Origin: an uncultured Candidatus Saccharibacteria bacterium
Lineage (GTDB): Bacteria > Patescibacteriota > WWE3 > UBA101185 > UBA10185
DNA length: 64,000 nt
Assembly (NCBI GenBank): GCA_964385105.1
Contig: CAYLMU010000002.1
Coordinates: forward strand, 250,583 to 314,582
Direction of reading: 5' to 3'
Positions 37,978-49,102 of this stretch are shown piece after piece. Positions within the stretch are counted from its first letter, which is position 1. Every line of letters starts with the position of its first letter. Both the position numbers and the translations under genes were made by a program. Below the pieces are notes generated by a model. The model was given only the letters and a program-made list of their open reading frames with translations. It had not been told where the DNA came from and made no database searches.

Positions 37978-39096
37978 TTAATTATTGAATCTTATGTTAG
38001 ATCCGTCTTCAATTTGTGTGTCTTGCACAGGTACAATTATGGTGTCTTGTGAAATGTCAGTTAAAATTTGCGTATACAAATCACCCGATAAGCCTGTTTC
38101 AACATATTTCTTTTTTGCTATATTACCATCAGCCACCCAAATATAACTTCCGTCATTATCTTCAAAAACTTTATCAAAAAGTAATGCATTTGTTTCATTT
38201 GTAGTTTGTTCAATTGTTATTGTTCCGTCTCCGGTCATACCTAACAGTACAGGCACTTCTGCATTATGGTTAAGTTTAACTTTAATTAAAAAATTGCTTG
38301 TACCGTCGGTTCCGGCATATGAGGGTAGTTCCAGTAATTCTCCCTGAACTTCTATGTCTTCAAATGAATCTAAGTAAACATTAACTTTTTGACCGGCACG
38401 AAGTACTCCATAATCTTCCTGGTCTATTGTCATTTCAAAAACCAGATTATTTAAATCAGCAAGGGTTATTACCGCCAAACCCGGAGAAGCCGATTCACCT
38501 ACTTCAAAATGTGTGTCTATTACAGTCCCCGAAAACGGTGCAGTTATGTTTAAACTTGTGATTGTTCCCAGACTTGCCTGATAATTAGCTTCTGCGCGAC
38601 TTATAGCTTCGTTCAAAGCCCTTAACTGTATTTCATAGGCTGTTTGTCCGCCAATTGTATCTTTGTCACTTTTATCTTTATATTGTTCTTCAAATAGCTC
38701 TTTTTCCCTTTTTGCAATATCTCTAGCATCTTTTGCTGCTTGTGCGTTTTGGAATGTAGGGTATCCGTAAAGTTGTGCCATTAACTTTCCTTCATTTACC
38801 AACTCGCCCTCTTTTACATAAATTGCATTAATTCGACCTCCACTTGGAAACGACAATTGAGCCTGCCTTAAAGACTTTACCTCACCACTTCCAGATACAG
38901 TTTTTTTAACAGAAACATTTTCTACTTCAACACGTTCAACTAACACGGTCTCACTCATTTGCGAGAATGCTCTAAATGCAAATACACCTAAAACCGCAAC
39001 CAGCAATATTATTATGAATTTTACTTTCTTAAACCGTTGTAACATTTTGTTATTACCTGTAAAATGGCTATAAGTTCTTAATATATCATAAAGCAT
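37978..39096 (-). CDS. efflux periplasmic adaptor subunit (HlyD/MacA-like membrane fusion protein)
   Basis: N-terminal TM anchor, coiled-coil hairpin region, beta-barrel/lipoyl-like domains. Confidence 0.6.
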   Translation of the reverse strand: MLYDILRTYSHFTGNNKMLQRFKKVKFIIILLVAVLGVFAFRAFSQMSETVLVERVEVENVSVKKTVSGSGEVKSLRQAQLSFPSGGRINAIYVKEGELVNEGKLMAQLYGYPTFQNAQAAKDARDIAKREKELFEEQYKDKSDKDTIGGQTAYEIQLRALNEAISRAEANYQASLGTITSLNITAPFSGTVIDTHFEVGESASPGLAVITLADLNNLVFEMTIDQEDYGVLRAGQKVNVYLDSFEDIEVQGELLELPSYAGTDGTSNFLIKVKLNHNAEVPVLLGMTGDGTITIEQTTNETNALLFDKVFEDNDGSYIWVADGNIAKKKYVETGLSGDLYTQILTDISQDTIIVPVQDTQIEDGSNIRFNN

Positions 39097-39478
39097 GAAA
39101 AAAGTATTAACTAGCCATCATCCAAAAAGACACATAAAAAGTTTTAAATATGCGGTAAATGGATTGTTTTATGCAATGTTAAATGAAGCAAATTTTAGAG
39201 TTCAAATGATTGTTACGGCTATAGCTTTTATTTTAGGCTTATACTTTAACATTTCAAATATGGAATGGGCCTTAATTGTTGTTTCATCATCTTTTCTACT
39301 CTCAGCCGAAATGCTAAACACAGTTGTTGAGGAGTTTATGGATCATTTAATGCCCGAACAAAATGATATTGTTAAGGTTATAAAAGACTTATCTGCAGGT
39401 TTTGTTTTAACTTCAGCTGTAAGTATGGGTGCGGTTTTAATGCTGATATTTGCAAATAGACTTTCTACTTTACTTTAG
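39095..39478 (+). CDS. dgkA: diacylglycerol kinase family (DgkA/undecaprenol kinase)
   Basis: EMLNTVVEEFMD and KDLSAG motifs, 3 TM, 127 aa. Confidence 0.8.
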   Translation: MKKVLTSHHPKRHIKSFKYAVNGLFYAMLNEANFRVQMIVTAIAFILGLYFNISNMEWALIVVSSSFLLSAEMLNTVVEEFMDHLMPEQNDIVKVIKDLSAGFVLTSAVSMGAVLMLIFANRLSTLL

Positions 39479-39483
39479 ATTAT

Positions 39484-41205
39484 TTAATATCCTAATGCTT
39501 TAATTTCTGAAAGCGACCCTTGTGGCATGTAATAAATGTTTGCTGCAGGAACTCTATTTGATGCATCACATTTGCTATTTTTACCGATTCCGGCACAGGT
39601 TCTATAAATTACTTTTACAGGGTTATACCTGTTAAGCCAATATTCGGCTTTTTCTTGCGTAATGCGGGCTGAGAAGCTTTGAGGGTCATGAATAAAAATG
39701 TAGTAACCTGCGTCGTCAATATCTCTTTTATACGGTATATAATGACGCGATATTGAATCCCTCTCATTAGTTGAATAGAACTCAATTTTAGACACATCCG
39801 GGATTTCACATGGATTGTTTAGCTGACATGGAAATTCAGTATTTTCAGTAGTTATAAAACTTGAAATTTCTTCCCAGCCCCTATTATATGGAAATCCAAA
39901 AATGCTTAAATGGTAAATTTGGCTTGGCCGGGGAAGTACCCAAATTAAAAATTCTTTATTAGACCACGGATACTCTTCAACATGATCAACAAAAATAAAA
40001 AATGCCTGCGCATACATAAATAAAAATACAATAAGTATTCCAAAGTACGCAATATATTGCGCGATTGCTTTATTATTAAAAAATCTAACACTAAAAGCAG
40101 TTAAAATTTCTTCAATAAATAAAATGCCAAAGGCAAGAATAATTGATAAAGGTAATAAATATGTATAAATGTGTGTTCCGGGAATACTTACTATGACTTC
40201 TAAAAAAATAAATGGAATAAAAAACCACAAAAACAATGCTGCAAACTTAAAAAAATCTCTTACCAAAAAGGGAAGTAGTAAGTATTTAATTTTTGTATTA
40301 AACAATTTTGAAACAGGAAGCAGACCAAGATTTTTATATGCAATTTTAATTACGCCAAAAATAAACAAAAGAGTATAAATATGTATTACATAAATAGGTT
40401 GATACACTGAGAATAAGTACCGTGAATTTGAAATCTTACCGCCGGTACCAACAAGTCTTCCTTGCCAATAACTTTGAGTACCTGCATCAATGTTAAAAAT
40501 AAATGGAATATAAAAAAGTGCCAAAAGTACAAAAAAAACTATTCCGGCACCAAAAGCATGTTTAATGTTTAATAAAGATTTTCGTTTAATAAGTGCTCTA
40601 AAGTCCAAAAGTTGATTCTTAAGCCATAATAACAATAAAAACAATACAAAAGGAAAAATAAAAACCCCGTCATAATGAGATAAAATCGATAACCCCCACA
40701 TAATAAATCCTAAATATATTCCTTTTATACTCCATTTTTTTTGTACAGCTGCCAAACTAAAAAAATAAAGGGCGAGAACCATAAATAAAATTACAAAAGA
40801 CTGATACTGAACAATTCGCGAAAATGCAATAAAAAACCCGTTAACAATAATAAAAAAAGTAGAATAATAAGCTGCTTTTTTATTAAAGTGCATGCACAAA
40901 AATTTATAAAAAAAGTAAACTGCCAGAGTTCCGGCAATTGCAAAAGGCAGTCTTACAAAAAACTCATTTGAATATGTTGGATCAAAAATTTTTAGTATGT
41001 AAGTTATTAAAAATTGAACAGGACCTTTTCTTTGTGTTAATAAAAAATCGCTAATACTCTGACCGGAATCGGGTAAAAACAATGCTTTAATTTCATCTCC
41101 CTGATAGTCGGAATATCCAAGGTGCACGAATCGCAGTACACCTGCTAACACTAATAAACTTATTGAATCAAGGTTTTGTTTAATCTTAAGAGCTATATTA
41201 TCCAT
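39484..41205 (-). CDS. GT-C fold glycosyltransferase (ArnT/PMT-like) with C-terminal extracytoplasmic Cys-containing domain
   Basis: ~11 TM; first loop with conserved DE/aromatic residues; paralog of genes in 12509-15702. Confidence 0.5.
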   Translation of the reverse strand: MDNIALKIKQNLDSISLLVLAGVLRFVHLGYSDYQGDEIKALFLPDSGQSISDFLLTQRKGPVQFLITYILKIFDPTYSNEFFVRLPFAIAGTLAVYFFYKFLCMHFNKKAAYYSTFFIIVNGFFIAFSRIVQYQSFVILFMVLALYFFSLAAVQKKWSIKGIYLGFIMWGLSILSHYDGVFIFPFVLFLLLLWLKNQLLDFRALIKRKSLLNIKHAFGAGIVFFVLLALFYIPFIFNIDAGTQSYWQGRLVGTGGKISNSRYLFSVYQPIYVIHIYTLLFIFGVIKIAYKNLGLLPVSKLFNTKIKYLLLPFLVRDFFKFAALFLWFFIPFIFLEVIVSIPGTHIYTYLLPLSIILAFGILFIEEILTAFSVRFFNNKAIAQYIAYFGILIVFLFMYAQAFFIFVDHVEEYPWSNKEFLIWVLPRPSQIYHLSIFGFPYNRGWEEISSFITTENTEFPCQLNNPCEIPDVSKIEFYSTNERDSISRHYIPYKRDIDDAGYYIFIHDPQSFSARITQEKAEYWLNRYNPVKVIYRTCAGIGKNSKCDASNRVPAANIYYMPQGSLSEIKALGY

Positions 41206-43255
41206 AAACTACAAGCTCATTCATGGCTCGTGTAACAGCTACAAAAGCTTTCTTTGCTTCTGCGAAATTATTTATGTTATCTAAATTCAAACCTAAAACA
41301 TAAACTTTTGCAAATTCTAAACCTTTACAATCTTCAAATTTAGATAAATAAACCCCTTTTGGAATGTACGAAATGCGGGTATCAGTTTGCAAAGTTATTA
41401 ATTTTTCATCAGAAATTTTTCCGCTTCTTTGAAAATTATTAAAAATGAAACTTAGTGCATCAAAATAATTATGAGAAAAACAAACAATACCAATACTTTT
41501 ATTTAAATTTTCTATATCTTTTGCTAATTCGGATTCTATGTCAGCTATAACGTCGTTAAACTCGTGTACGTGCTTTATTATTGGCTCCGGGCCAACACGA
41601 TCAATCGATTTAGGCAAATATTGGTCAGTATAAGGAATTAATATGTTGTTAGCAAAATCAATAATAGGCTTTGTGCTTCTGTAGTTTGTGTCAAGCTCAA
41701 AAGTTTGCGCATTATTTGCTTCCTTAACAACAGATGAAATTTCATCCCACGTCGTTAATCCTTCGTCGGAGAAACTTTGGTTTAAATCACCTAAAATACA
41801 AAACCTGCCATTTAATACAATTTTTGATAAAACTAAATATTCCAATACACTAATATCCTGACCTTCATCAATTATGCAATACTGATATTTTTGCGTTTTT
41901 TTGATTCCATATAATTGAGAGTGAAAATAAACCGCAATTAATGCCTCTAAATACCCAAGTGACTTTGTAGTATCTGTTCCCCACTTTGAATATAACTTTT
42001 TAATTTCCTGGGCTGTAACATCCTGTCTAAGTTTTTGAAGTCGCGAAATAAATTTTCTTAAATTTTTAATATTATCCTGAAAAATCCAGCTTTTAAGCGA
42101 CTTTGGATTATCTTTGAGTTTTTCGGATTGAAAGCCAAGTTCTTCTTTGAGGTCAAATATTAACTCATCAATATTTTCAACCACAGATTGAGAGTAATCA
42201 TACACATAGCTACCTAAGCTTCCAAAAGTCTCGTCTTCAAGCAGTAATTCAATCTTTTCCTCATATTTTTGATGAATTTCATCAACATCTTTCTCAAGCT
42301 CTTTTACTTTTTTTAAATCAAAATTGGAAAGATTACCGTTTACATCAAGGTCAATACTAAGCTTCATATCTTCACGAAATATAATATTTACCACTAACTC
42401 ACGAATTGTTTTGTAATTAACGTCAAATATTCCAAGTTTTGGAAACAGTGTTGCCAAGTAACCTACCAATACCCCATTTTTGGCAATCAAAATAGATCTT
42501 TCGGGTTGGATTAAATTTGAGTAGTTAAAAAATATGTGCGATAGTTTATGTATTGCAACAGTGCTCTTTCCGCTACCTACTGAACCCTGAACTATACAAA
42601 TTTGCCTGGGATCTGCTTCAATAATATCAAGTTGAGACTCCTGAATTGTTTCAACAATATCTTCAAGTATTCCGCCGGTTCTTTGACCAATTTTTTCTGC
42701 AATTAAACTATCTTCATCAAATTGAATATCATTATTGTAATATTTCAATAATTCACCATTATCTATTTCGAAGGTTCGCTTAAGTAGTAAGTCTTTTATA
42801 AATGTTCCATCGGGTGCAGTGTACTCAACATTTTTTTGCGGATATCTATAGCGGTAATAAAGTGATGCTACTTTTGATCTCCAATCTATTATTATCGGAG
42901 CATTTTCTTCGGTATAGCCAAATTTACCAATATATAATTTTTCACTATTTGTTTTTCCAGGGTCTGTAATATCGAGCCGGGCAAAATAAGGTTCTTTTTG
43001 CGAATGTTCTAGTTCCTCAAGCCTTTTAACTTTATCTTTTACATTAAAAGCTTCATTTTTTTCATGAAGCTGTTGTACAAACATCATAAAGTCTGCCCCA
43101 CTCGTCTCAGGATTATTGCGCAGCTCCTCAAGGTGAGAAAGATTACTCACACCAAGTTGATCCATAGCCTCAATTAAAGCATCTCTTGCATCCTTTACTT
43201 TTTCAATTACTCTTTCTAAATGAGTTTTTTCTTCATTCAATACTTGTTTATCCAT
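41198..43255 (-). CDS. helD: UvrD-family helicase, HelD (helicase IV)-like
   Basis: N-terminal HelD-type segment (LYIGKFGYT...IIIDWRSKVASLYY), Walker A GSVGSGKST, IIDEGQD, C-terminal VTRAMNELVVYG. Confidence 0.7.
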   Translation of the reverse strand: MDKQVLNEEKTHLERVIEKVKDARDALIEAMDQLGVSNLSHLEELRNNPETSGADFMMFVQQLHEKNEAFNVKDKVKRLEELEHSQKEPYFARLDITDPGKTNSEKLYIGKFGYTEENAPIIIDWRSKVASLYYRYRYPQKNVEYTAPDGTFIKDLLLKRTFEIDNGELLKYYNNDIQFDEDSLIAEKIGQRTGGILEDIVETIQESQLDIIEADPRQICIVQGSVGSGKSTVAIHKLSHIFFNYSNLIQPERSILIAKNGVLVGYLATLFPKLGIFDVNYKTIRELVVNIIFREDMKLSIDLDVNGNLSNFDLKKVKELEKDVDEIHQKYEEKIELLLEDETFGSLGSYVYDYSQSVVENIDELIFDLKEELGFQSEKLKDNPKSLKSWIFQDNIKNLRKFISRLQKLRQDVTAQEIKKLYSKWGTDTTKSLGYLEALIAVYFHSQLYGIKKTQKYQYCIIDEGQDISVLEYLVLSKIVLNGRFCILGDLNQSFSDEGLTTWDEISSVVKEANNAQTFELDTNYRSTKPIIDFANNILIPYTDQYLPKSIDRVGPEPIIKHVHEFNDVIADIESELAKDIENLNKSIGIVCFSHNYFDALSFIFNNFQRSGKISDEKLITLQTDTRISYIPKGVYLSKFEDCKGLEFAKVYVLGLNLDNINNFAEAKKAFVAVTRAMNELVVYG

Positions 43256-43946
43256 TAAAATCCTCTTTTGCTACCAAAATAACAAATTCTCCCCTAAATT
43301 TTTCGTCGGTTAATTTTACTACTAAATCATTTACATTGCCATAATAGTCCTTTTCATAAATTTTAGTCATTTCTTTTATCACACAAACAATTCTGTTGCC
43401 AAGTACTTCATTTATTTTGGTTAAAGTTTTTAATATTCTGTGAGGTGATTCGTATATAACTAAAGTCGCATCCAATTCCCCATATTGTTTAATAACCTCC
43501 TTAGCCTGACTTTCTTTTCTTGGAAGAAATCCTACAAATGTAAATTTATCGGTAGGTAGCCCTGAAACACTTAAAGCAGATACAACTGCCGATGGTCCGG
43601 GTATTGGAATTACTTTAAAACCGCTTTTTTTCACTTCTTGTACAAGTTTAAATCCCGGATCTGAAATAAGAGGTGTACCACTGTCTGAGGTTAAAGCAAC
43701 TGAATTTCCCAAACTCAAAAATTCAATAATCCTCGGAATCATTTTATTTCGATTTTCGTCTCGGTAGGTGAAAGGCTGCTTACTAATTTGCAAATGATCT
43801 AAAAGTTTCTTTGATTCTCGCGGGCTTTCTGATATTACATAATCCGCATTTTTCAGAACATCAATTGCCCTTATTGTAATGTCTTTTAAATTGCCGATTG
43901 GTGTGGCAACTATATATAAAGCCGACGACTCAAGTTGCACTTGCAA
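43248..43946 (-). CDS. rsmI: 16S rRNA (cytidine1402-2'-O)-methyltransferase RsmI
   Basis: Tetrapyrrole-methylase fold; LYIVATPIGNLKDITIRAIDVL...ISESPRESKKLL typical RsmI N-terminus. Confidence 0.85.
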   Translation of the reverse strand: MQVQLESSALYIVATPIGNLKDITIRAIDVLKNADYVISESPRESKKLLDHLQISKQPFTYRDENRNKMIPRIIEFLSLGNSVALTSDSGTPLISDPGFKLVQEVKKSGFKVIPIPGPSAVVSALSVSGLPTDKFTFVGFLPRKESQAKEVIKQYGELDATLVIYESPHRILKTLTKINEVLGNRIVCVIKEMTKIYEKDYYGNVNDLVVKLTDEKFRGEFVILVAKEDFNG

Positions 43947-43967
43947 ATTATATCAAATCGGCACTTT

Positions 43968-44954
43968 TTATTTTATTTGTGCCTGTTCTCTAGCCTGTTT
44001 CTCATCCAAATGCTCTACATGAGTGTTGGCATGTGAGCCTCCTGCTGCTTGTGCAATATTTTCTCCATCTCTATCACCATACGGGTAAATAATCACCATA
44101 GAACTTTCTTCTTTGCTCATTTCGCTTAAAATCTGCAATTCTCTTAATCTCATGCCGTATTTGCTTTGTTCCAAAAGTGCACTGGCTTGTTCTATTTTTT
44201 CGGCAACAGCAATTTCGGCTTCGGCTTGAACTTTTTTAGCCTCGGCGGCTCTTTGTTCTCTAGCTATTACCGCCAACTCATCAACAAGAGATGCCGGTGT
44301 ATCAATATCTGTAATTCTAACAGCTCTTACATCAACACCATAAATTGCAGCTTCATGGTCAATTTGCATTTTTAGATTATCTGCAATTTGGTCTCTTTCG
44401 CTAAGTAGACTCTTTAAATCCATGCTACCGATTGTATTTTTTAATGCTTCAGTTGAAAGCCAGATAACTGATGAATGATAATTTTGTACATCCATTGTTG
44501 CTTTTCTTGGATCTTCAACCTTAAATTCCACTGCTGCTGTAACTTTTGTTGGAACATTATCTTTTGTAAGTGTGGCTGTTGCCTCAACCTGCTGAGTAAC
44601 GATTCTCATATCTATAATGTCTGCGACTGAATAAATAAACGGGGGAATAATAAAGAACCCGGCTCCCCTAACGCTTTCATACTTACCCAAACGCAAAATT
44701 ACCATGGTTTGCCATTCGGGCAATATATAAAACATTTTTGACAAAAATGATGCTACCCACAAAGAAAATAAAAATGCCGGCAAACCAATCGGGAGTGCTG
44801 AGCCTGTAGAACTTGTTGAAACCAGGCTTAACGGCAAAATAATTACAATAAACAAAACAATAAAACTAATCACAAAAGCAAGCATTCTTATAAAACTTTG
44901 TACTGAACCGGTATTGCCATGCGAACCGACTCTGTAATTTTGGTATGGATTCAT
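43968..44954 (-). CDS. SPFH/band-7 domain membrane protein (stomatin/HflK-like)
   Basis: N-terminal TM, SPFH core, C-terminal coiled coil rich in AEAE repeats. Confidence 0.75.
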   Translation of the reverse strand: MNPYQNYRVGSHGNTGSVQSFIRMLAFVISFIVLFIVIILPLSLVSTSSTGSALPIGLPAFLFSLWVASFLSKMFYILPEWQTMVILRLGKYESVRGAGFFIIPPFIYSVADIIDMRIVTQQVEATATLTKDNVPTKVTAAVEFKVEDPRKATMDVQNYHSSVIWLSTEALKNTIGSMDLKSLLSERDQIADNLKMQIDHEAAIYGVDVRAVRITDIDTPASLVDELAVIAREQRAAEAKKVQAEAEIAVAEKIEQASALLEQSKYGMRLRELQILSEMSKEESSMVIIYPYGDRDGENIAQAAGGSHANTHVEHLDEKQAREQAQIK

Positions 44955-45589
44955 TATTGTATCCCTCTAGAAATAATTACTTGAATTTGATTTTTAGTTT
45001 CTTCCATAGTTTGTTTGCTGGTATTTAAATCTCCTTTTGCATCATCGCAGTTATCTTCAAAAAATTCATTTCCGTTGCAAAGAATTTCAATTCTGCTCTC
45101 GGCGGTTTTTTTATTGCGGTTGGCTTGTTGGTACTTTGAATTTAGCATCACTAAATTACTATAATCGCTAAAACTGTAGCAGTAATTACTTTGAAAACCT
45201 TCTATTTCTACTAAGTACCTAATACATTCATCTTGCCTTAAATTTACTTTGTTGTTGTACAAAGTGGTATCCGGAGTGACATAAATGGATGATGTAGATT
45301 CGGAGGTATGTGATTTATTTTTTTCGACTGTTTCTTCAACAGTGACTTTTGGTAGTTCTTGCGGTTTCTGGTAAGCACCTTGCGAAAATCCATCTAAAAA
45401 CTCTTCCAAACGGGTGCGGGTTAACCCTTCTCTTTCTTCGGTAAGATACTTAAATGATAACAAGCTTCCTGCTGTAACCAGCACAAATAACATAATAATC
45501 ACACCTGTTATAGCTAAGATAATCTTTTTATCACTTTTATGCTCAACTTCAATAGCGTCTGATTGCTCAGTTAAGACCTGATTTTCCAT
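44954..45589 (-). CDS. membrane-anchored hypothetical protein
   Basis: Single N-terminal TM; start overlaps stop of SPFH gene. Confidence 0.3.
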   Translation of the reverse strand: MENQVLTEQSDAIEVEHKSDKKIILAITGVIIMLFVLVTAGSLLSFKYLTEEREGLTRTRLEEFLDGFSQGAYQKPQELPKVTVEETVEKNKSHTSESTSSIYVTPDTTLYNNKVNLRQDECIRYLVEIEGFQSNYCYSFSDYSNLVMLNSKYQQANRNKKTAESRIEILCNGNEFFEDNCDDAKGDLNTSKQTMEETKNQIQVIISRGIQ

Positions 45590-45628
45590 TAATTTAATTA
45601 TTCAATAATTTGGGAAAGAGTACAAGAA

Positions 45629-45808
45629 CTACTTAAGCTTTTGAACTTCTTTGTGTAGCGTATGGCGTCTTAAACGTGGATTATACTTCATTAATTCAAT
45701 CTTTTCGGGAGTATTCATAACATTTTTTTCACTAACATAAGCTCGCATACCGGTTTCGGTGCATTCAAGTGCTATTAATCTTCGGTTTTTCTTTTTTCCT
45801 TTTGCCAT
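45629..45808 (-). CDS. rpmG: 50S ribosomal protein L33
   Basis: [54 protein letters not shown] aligns with bacterial L33; start moved to MAKG (ORF-track start 45847 adds a non-conserved leader). Confidence 0.8.
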   Translation of the reverse strand: MAKGKKKNRRLIALECTETGMRAYVSEKNVMNTPEKIELMKYNPRLRRHTLHKEVQKLK

Positions 45809-46097
45809 AACAGGGTATATAATACAAAAAATCCATGAGCAAGGCAAGAAAAAGGAGTGATTAAGTATGCTCGCAATAATTCACTTGAGTGATACTGTAA
45901 TATATATATCCGCTGTCGGTGGTATATTTTTGATTGGTTTTTTCTTATTACTGTTGTTGATCCGAATTTACGAGGAACTTAGTAAGCTTATGCAAAAAAC
46001 CCACCTTGAGGCTAAGAAAGAATGATAAGTTAACTCTACCAGGAAAGTACAGCGTCATCTACATAGAGCTGTACTTTCCTGTTATAATTCAAAACAC

Positions 46098-48512
46098 ATG
46101 TCACAACAAAAACCTGAATATAATCACAAAAAAATAGAGAATAACTGGAAAGAGTATTGGTTTGAAAACAACATTTATAAAGCTGAAGATTTTTCCGAAA
46201 AACCTAAAAAATATATTTTGGCGGAGCTTCCTTACCCTTCGGGAGAGTATCTGCACGTTGGGCATATGATGAGATATACCGTTCCAGAAATTTATTCTAG
46301 ATTTTTAAGAATGCAAGGATTTAATGTTTTATTCCCAATGGGATGGGATTCATTTGGATTACCGGCAGAAACTTATGCAATAAAAAATAATATTACTCCA
46401 CAAGAAGCAATTGAAACTGCAACAAAAAACTATGTTAAAGCCATGCAAGATATGGGTTACGCAATTGATTGGGATCGTGAGCTAAACACGGCTGACCCAC
46501 ATTACTATAAATGGACACAGTGGATGTTTATAAAATTATGGGAAAAAGGGTTAGCTAAACAAAAAGAAATGCCTGTGTGGTGGTGTAAAGAGTTAGGAGT
46601 TTTAGCTGACGAAGAAGTTCTCCCAGACCCCGATGGTCCTACCGGAAAAAAATCAGAACGTGATGGTTATCCGGTTGAGAAAAAACTTTTCAAACAATGG
46701 GTGCTTGATATTCCGGCCTATGCTGATAGATTGCTAGAAGACCTTGAAATTGTTGACTATAACGAATCAGTAAAACAAGGACAAATCAACTGGATCGGTA
46801 AAAAAGAAGGTGCAAACATTAATTTTGAAGTTGCTGGTGAGACTATTGATGTTTTTACTACAAGACCTGATACTATTTTTGGAGTAACTTTTTTGGCAAT
46901 CTCTCCCGAAAACCCGTTAACTCAAGCTTTGGCGCAAAAAGCCCATAACACTGAAGAAGTATTGGAATACATAAACAAGGCAAAAGAATTAACTGATATA
47001 GAGCGACAAACCAAAGACAAAACAGGTGTATTACTAAACGGTGTAACTGCAAAACATCCCTTTGATGAGTTTGAACAAGAAATTCCTATTTTTGTTGCAG
47101 ATTATATTTTGGCTGACTATGGCACAGGTTCGATAATGGGTGTTCCTGCCCATGATGAGAGAGACGGTGAGTTTGCAAAAAAATACAATTTAAACTCAAT
47201 ACCTGTTATAACCGAAGAAAATAAAATAATAAACTCACACCAATATAACGGCATGCAGGCGGAGGATTTTAAAAAAGCCGTAATAGAACGTTTGGAAACA
47301 GAAAATAAAGGCAAAAAAGCTTTTAACTATAAAATCAGAGAACAAATATTTTCAAGACAAAGATACTGGGGAGAGCCGATTCCGTTAATTTATAAACAAA
47401 ACGGTGAAATTGAAAAGGTTTCCGAAAGCAATTTACCGGTTGAATTGCCGGTAATGAAAGACTTTATATCAGAAGATGGTGAAAGTCCGTTGGCAAAGAA
47501 TGAAGAATGGGTAAATACCATTGACAGTGAAGGAAACCCGGCAAAACGTGAACATGACACTATGCCTACATGGGCAGGGTCAAACTGGTACTACATTAGA
47601 TATATTGACCCAAAGAATAAAGATAAATTTGCAGATATAGAAAAATTAAGATACTGGATGCCTGTTGATAAATATTTTGGGGATGCAGGCCATACTACAG
47701 CACATTTAATTTACTCACGATTTTGGTATAAGTTTTTATATGATCAAGGGTTTGTTCCCCATCCTGAACCTTTTAAATGGCGAATGAGCGGAGGATTATT
47801 ACTAGGCCAGGATAATAGAAAGATGTCAAAGTCACGGCCAAAATTTGTGGTTAACCCCAAAGACGTAATTGAAAATTATGGAGCCGACGCGGTTAGAACT
47901 TATTTAGCATTTATTGGACCTTATGAAGAAACTTATCCTTGGAATGAAAACGGCTTAAAAGCTTGTTACAAGCTTATGAAAAATATTTATGCTCTAAAAC
48001 AAAAAGTTACAAAGTCAGAAAATAGCAAAAATTTGGATACTGAGAAAAACCTTCATAAATTAATAAAAAACACGACACAAATGATGGAAGATTTAAAAAT
48101 GAATACAGCTGTTAGTGAAATTATGATTTTTGTTAATCATTTGAAAGATGTTGATTCAATTGACGAAAACACCTGGAGTGATTTCTTAAAAGTTTTGGCA
48201 CCTTTTGCCCCATTTGTTACTGAAGAACTATGGCAAGAAATAAGTGGCCGCAATGAATGGTCAGATTTAAATAGTATTCATTTACAACAATGGCCTGAAT
48301 ACAACGAACATCTAGCTTTGGATGATGTTATTGAACTTCCGGTTCAGATTAATGGAAAATTACGTACTGCATTAAGCGTAAATAGAGATATCTCTGAAGA
48401 AGAACTAAAACAAATGATAAAAACTAATGAAAAAATAAATGACGTTATTGCCAATCGTGAAATTAAGAAGTTTATTTATGTTAAAAACCGTGTTGTAAAC
48501 CTTGTAGTTTAA
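46098..48512 (+). CDS. leuS: leucine--tRNA ligase
   Basis: HIGH motif (LHVGHMM), KMSKS (RKMSKSRP), CP1 editing domain, 804 aa. Confidence 0.95.
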   Translation: MSQQKPEYNHKKIENNWKEYWFENNIYKAEDFSEKPKKYILAELPYPSGEYLHVGHMMRYTVPEIYSRFLRMQGFNVLFPMGWDSFGLPAETYAIKNNITPQEAIETATKNYVKAMQDMGYAIDWDRELNTADPHYYKWTQWMFIKLWEKGLAKQKEMPVWWCKELGVLADEEVLPDPDGPTGKKSERDGYPVEKKLFKQWVLDIPAYADRLLEDLEIVDYNESVKQGQINWIGKKEGANINFEVAGETIDVFTTRPDTIFGVTFLAISPENPLTQALAQKAHNTEEVLEYINKAKELTDIERQTKDKTGVLLNGVTAKHPFDEFEQEIPIFVADYILADYGTGSIMGVPAHDERDGEFAKKYNLNSIPVITEENKIINSHQYNGMQAEDFKKAVIERLETENKGKKAFNYKIREQIFSRQRYWGEPIPLIYKQNGEIEKVSESNLPVELPVMKDFISEDGESPLAKNEEWVNTIDSEGNPAKREHDTMPTWAGSNWYYIRYIDPKNKDKFADIEKLRYWMPVDKYFGDAGHTTAHLIYSRFWYKFLYDQGFVPHPEPFKWRMSGGLLLGQDNRKMSKSRPKFVVNPKDVIENYGADAVRTYLAFIGPYEETYPWNENGLKACYKLMKNIYALKQKVTKSENSKNLDTEKNLHKLIKNTTQMMEDLKMNTAVSEIMIFVNHLKDVDSIDENTWSDFLKVLAPFAPFVTEELWQEISGRNEWSDLNSIHLQQWPEYNEHLALDDVIELPVQINGKLRTALSVNRDISEEELKQMIKTNEKINDVIANREIKKFIYVKNRVVNLVV

Positions 48513-49102
48513 TTTTGTGTAGATACCTCGGTTTCGAAAGCACTTTGCAGTAAAGTTGATTTAGAAAAGTTTTGAATAGCCCCCGAAATCACCATTGCAA
48601 GCACGCCCGTTAATATAATAAAAGATATAATTCCGGGAATAAAACTGCTGGTTTTTACGACTTTGGTATTAAATAACTCATCGTGCCAAGCCAGATTCTC
48701 ATCGCTTTTTAAAGCCATAAAGTATCCTAAACCTAAAAATCCTGCCGAAAAGGAGTATCCTGCTAAAATCCGGTACATGGCAGTTTTTTTATCAAGGTGA
48801 TTGTTGGTATTTTGGTCTAAAATTTTGAGCCCGCAAAGCAGTTTACCTATTGTACCGCCAAATTTTTCGTAAAAATATACAGAGTAAATAAAATGAATAA
48901 TTGTTCCTACAAAAAATAATAATAAAATAACCGTAATTAAGTTAATAATCGGCTTAAACGGGTCAACAGAACTGACCATAGATCCTGAAATGAAATAAAC
49001 CGGCACTGCCCAAAATAATAAAAAGATTACCGCATCAATTAATTGTGCTAACGCTCTTCTTGCAAATCCTGCATTAATAAAACCGGTATTATTGTTGTTC
49101 AT
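48509..49102 (-). CDS. RDD family membrane protein
   Basis: N-terminal RRALAQLIDAVIF + 3 TM architecture. Confidence 0.5.
   Translation of the reverse strand: MNNNNTGFINAGFARRALAQLIDAVIFLLFWAVPVYFISGSMVSSVDPFKPIINLITVILLLFFVGTIIHFIYSVYFYEKFGGTIGKLLCGLKILDQNTNNHLDKKTAMYRILAGYSFSAGFLGLGYFMALKSDENLAWHDELFNTKVVKTSSFIPGIISFIILTGVLAMVISGAIQNFSKSTLLQSAFETEVSTQN

Noticed and set aside
45867-46025. 52-aa hydrophobic plus-strand ORF upstream of leuS ([52 protein letters not shown])
   Set aside because: It is a plausible small membrane peptide, but it lies in the leuS promoter region with no RBS evident. It is insufficient to call.
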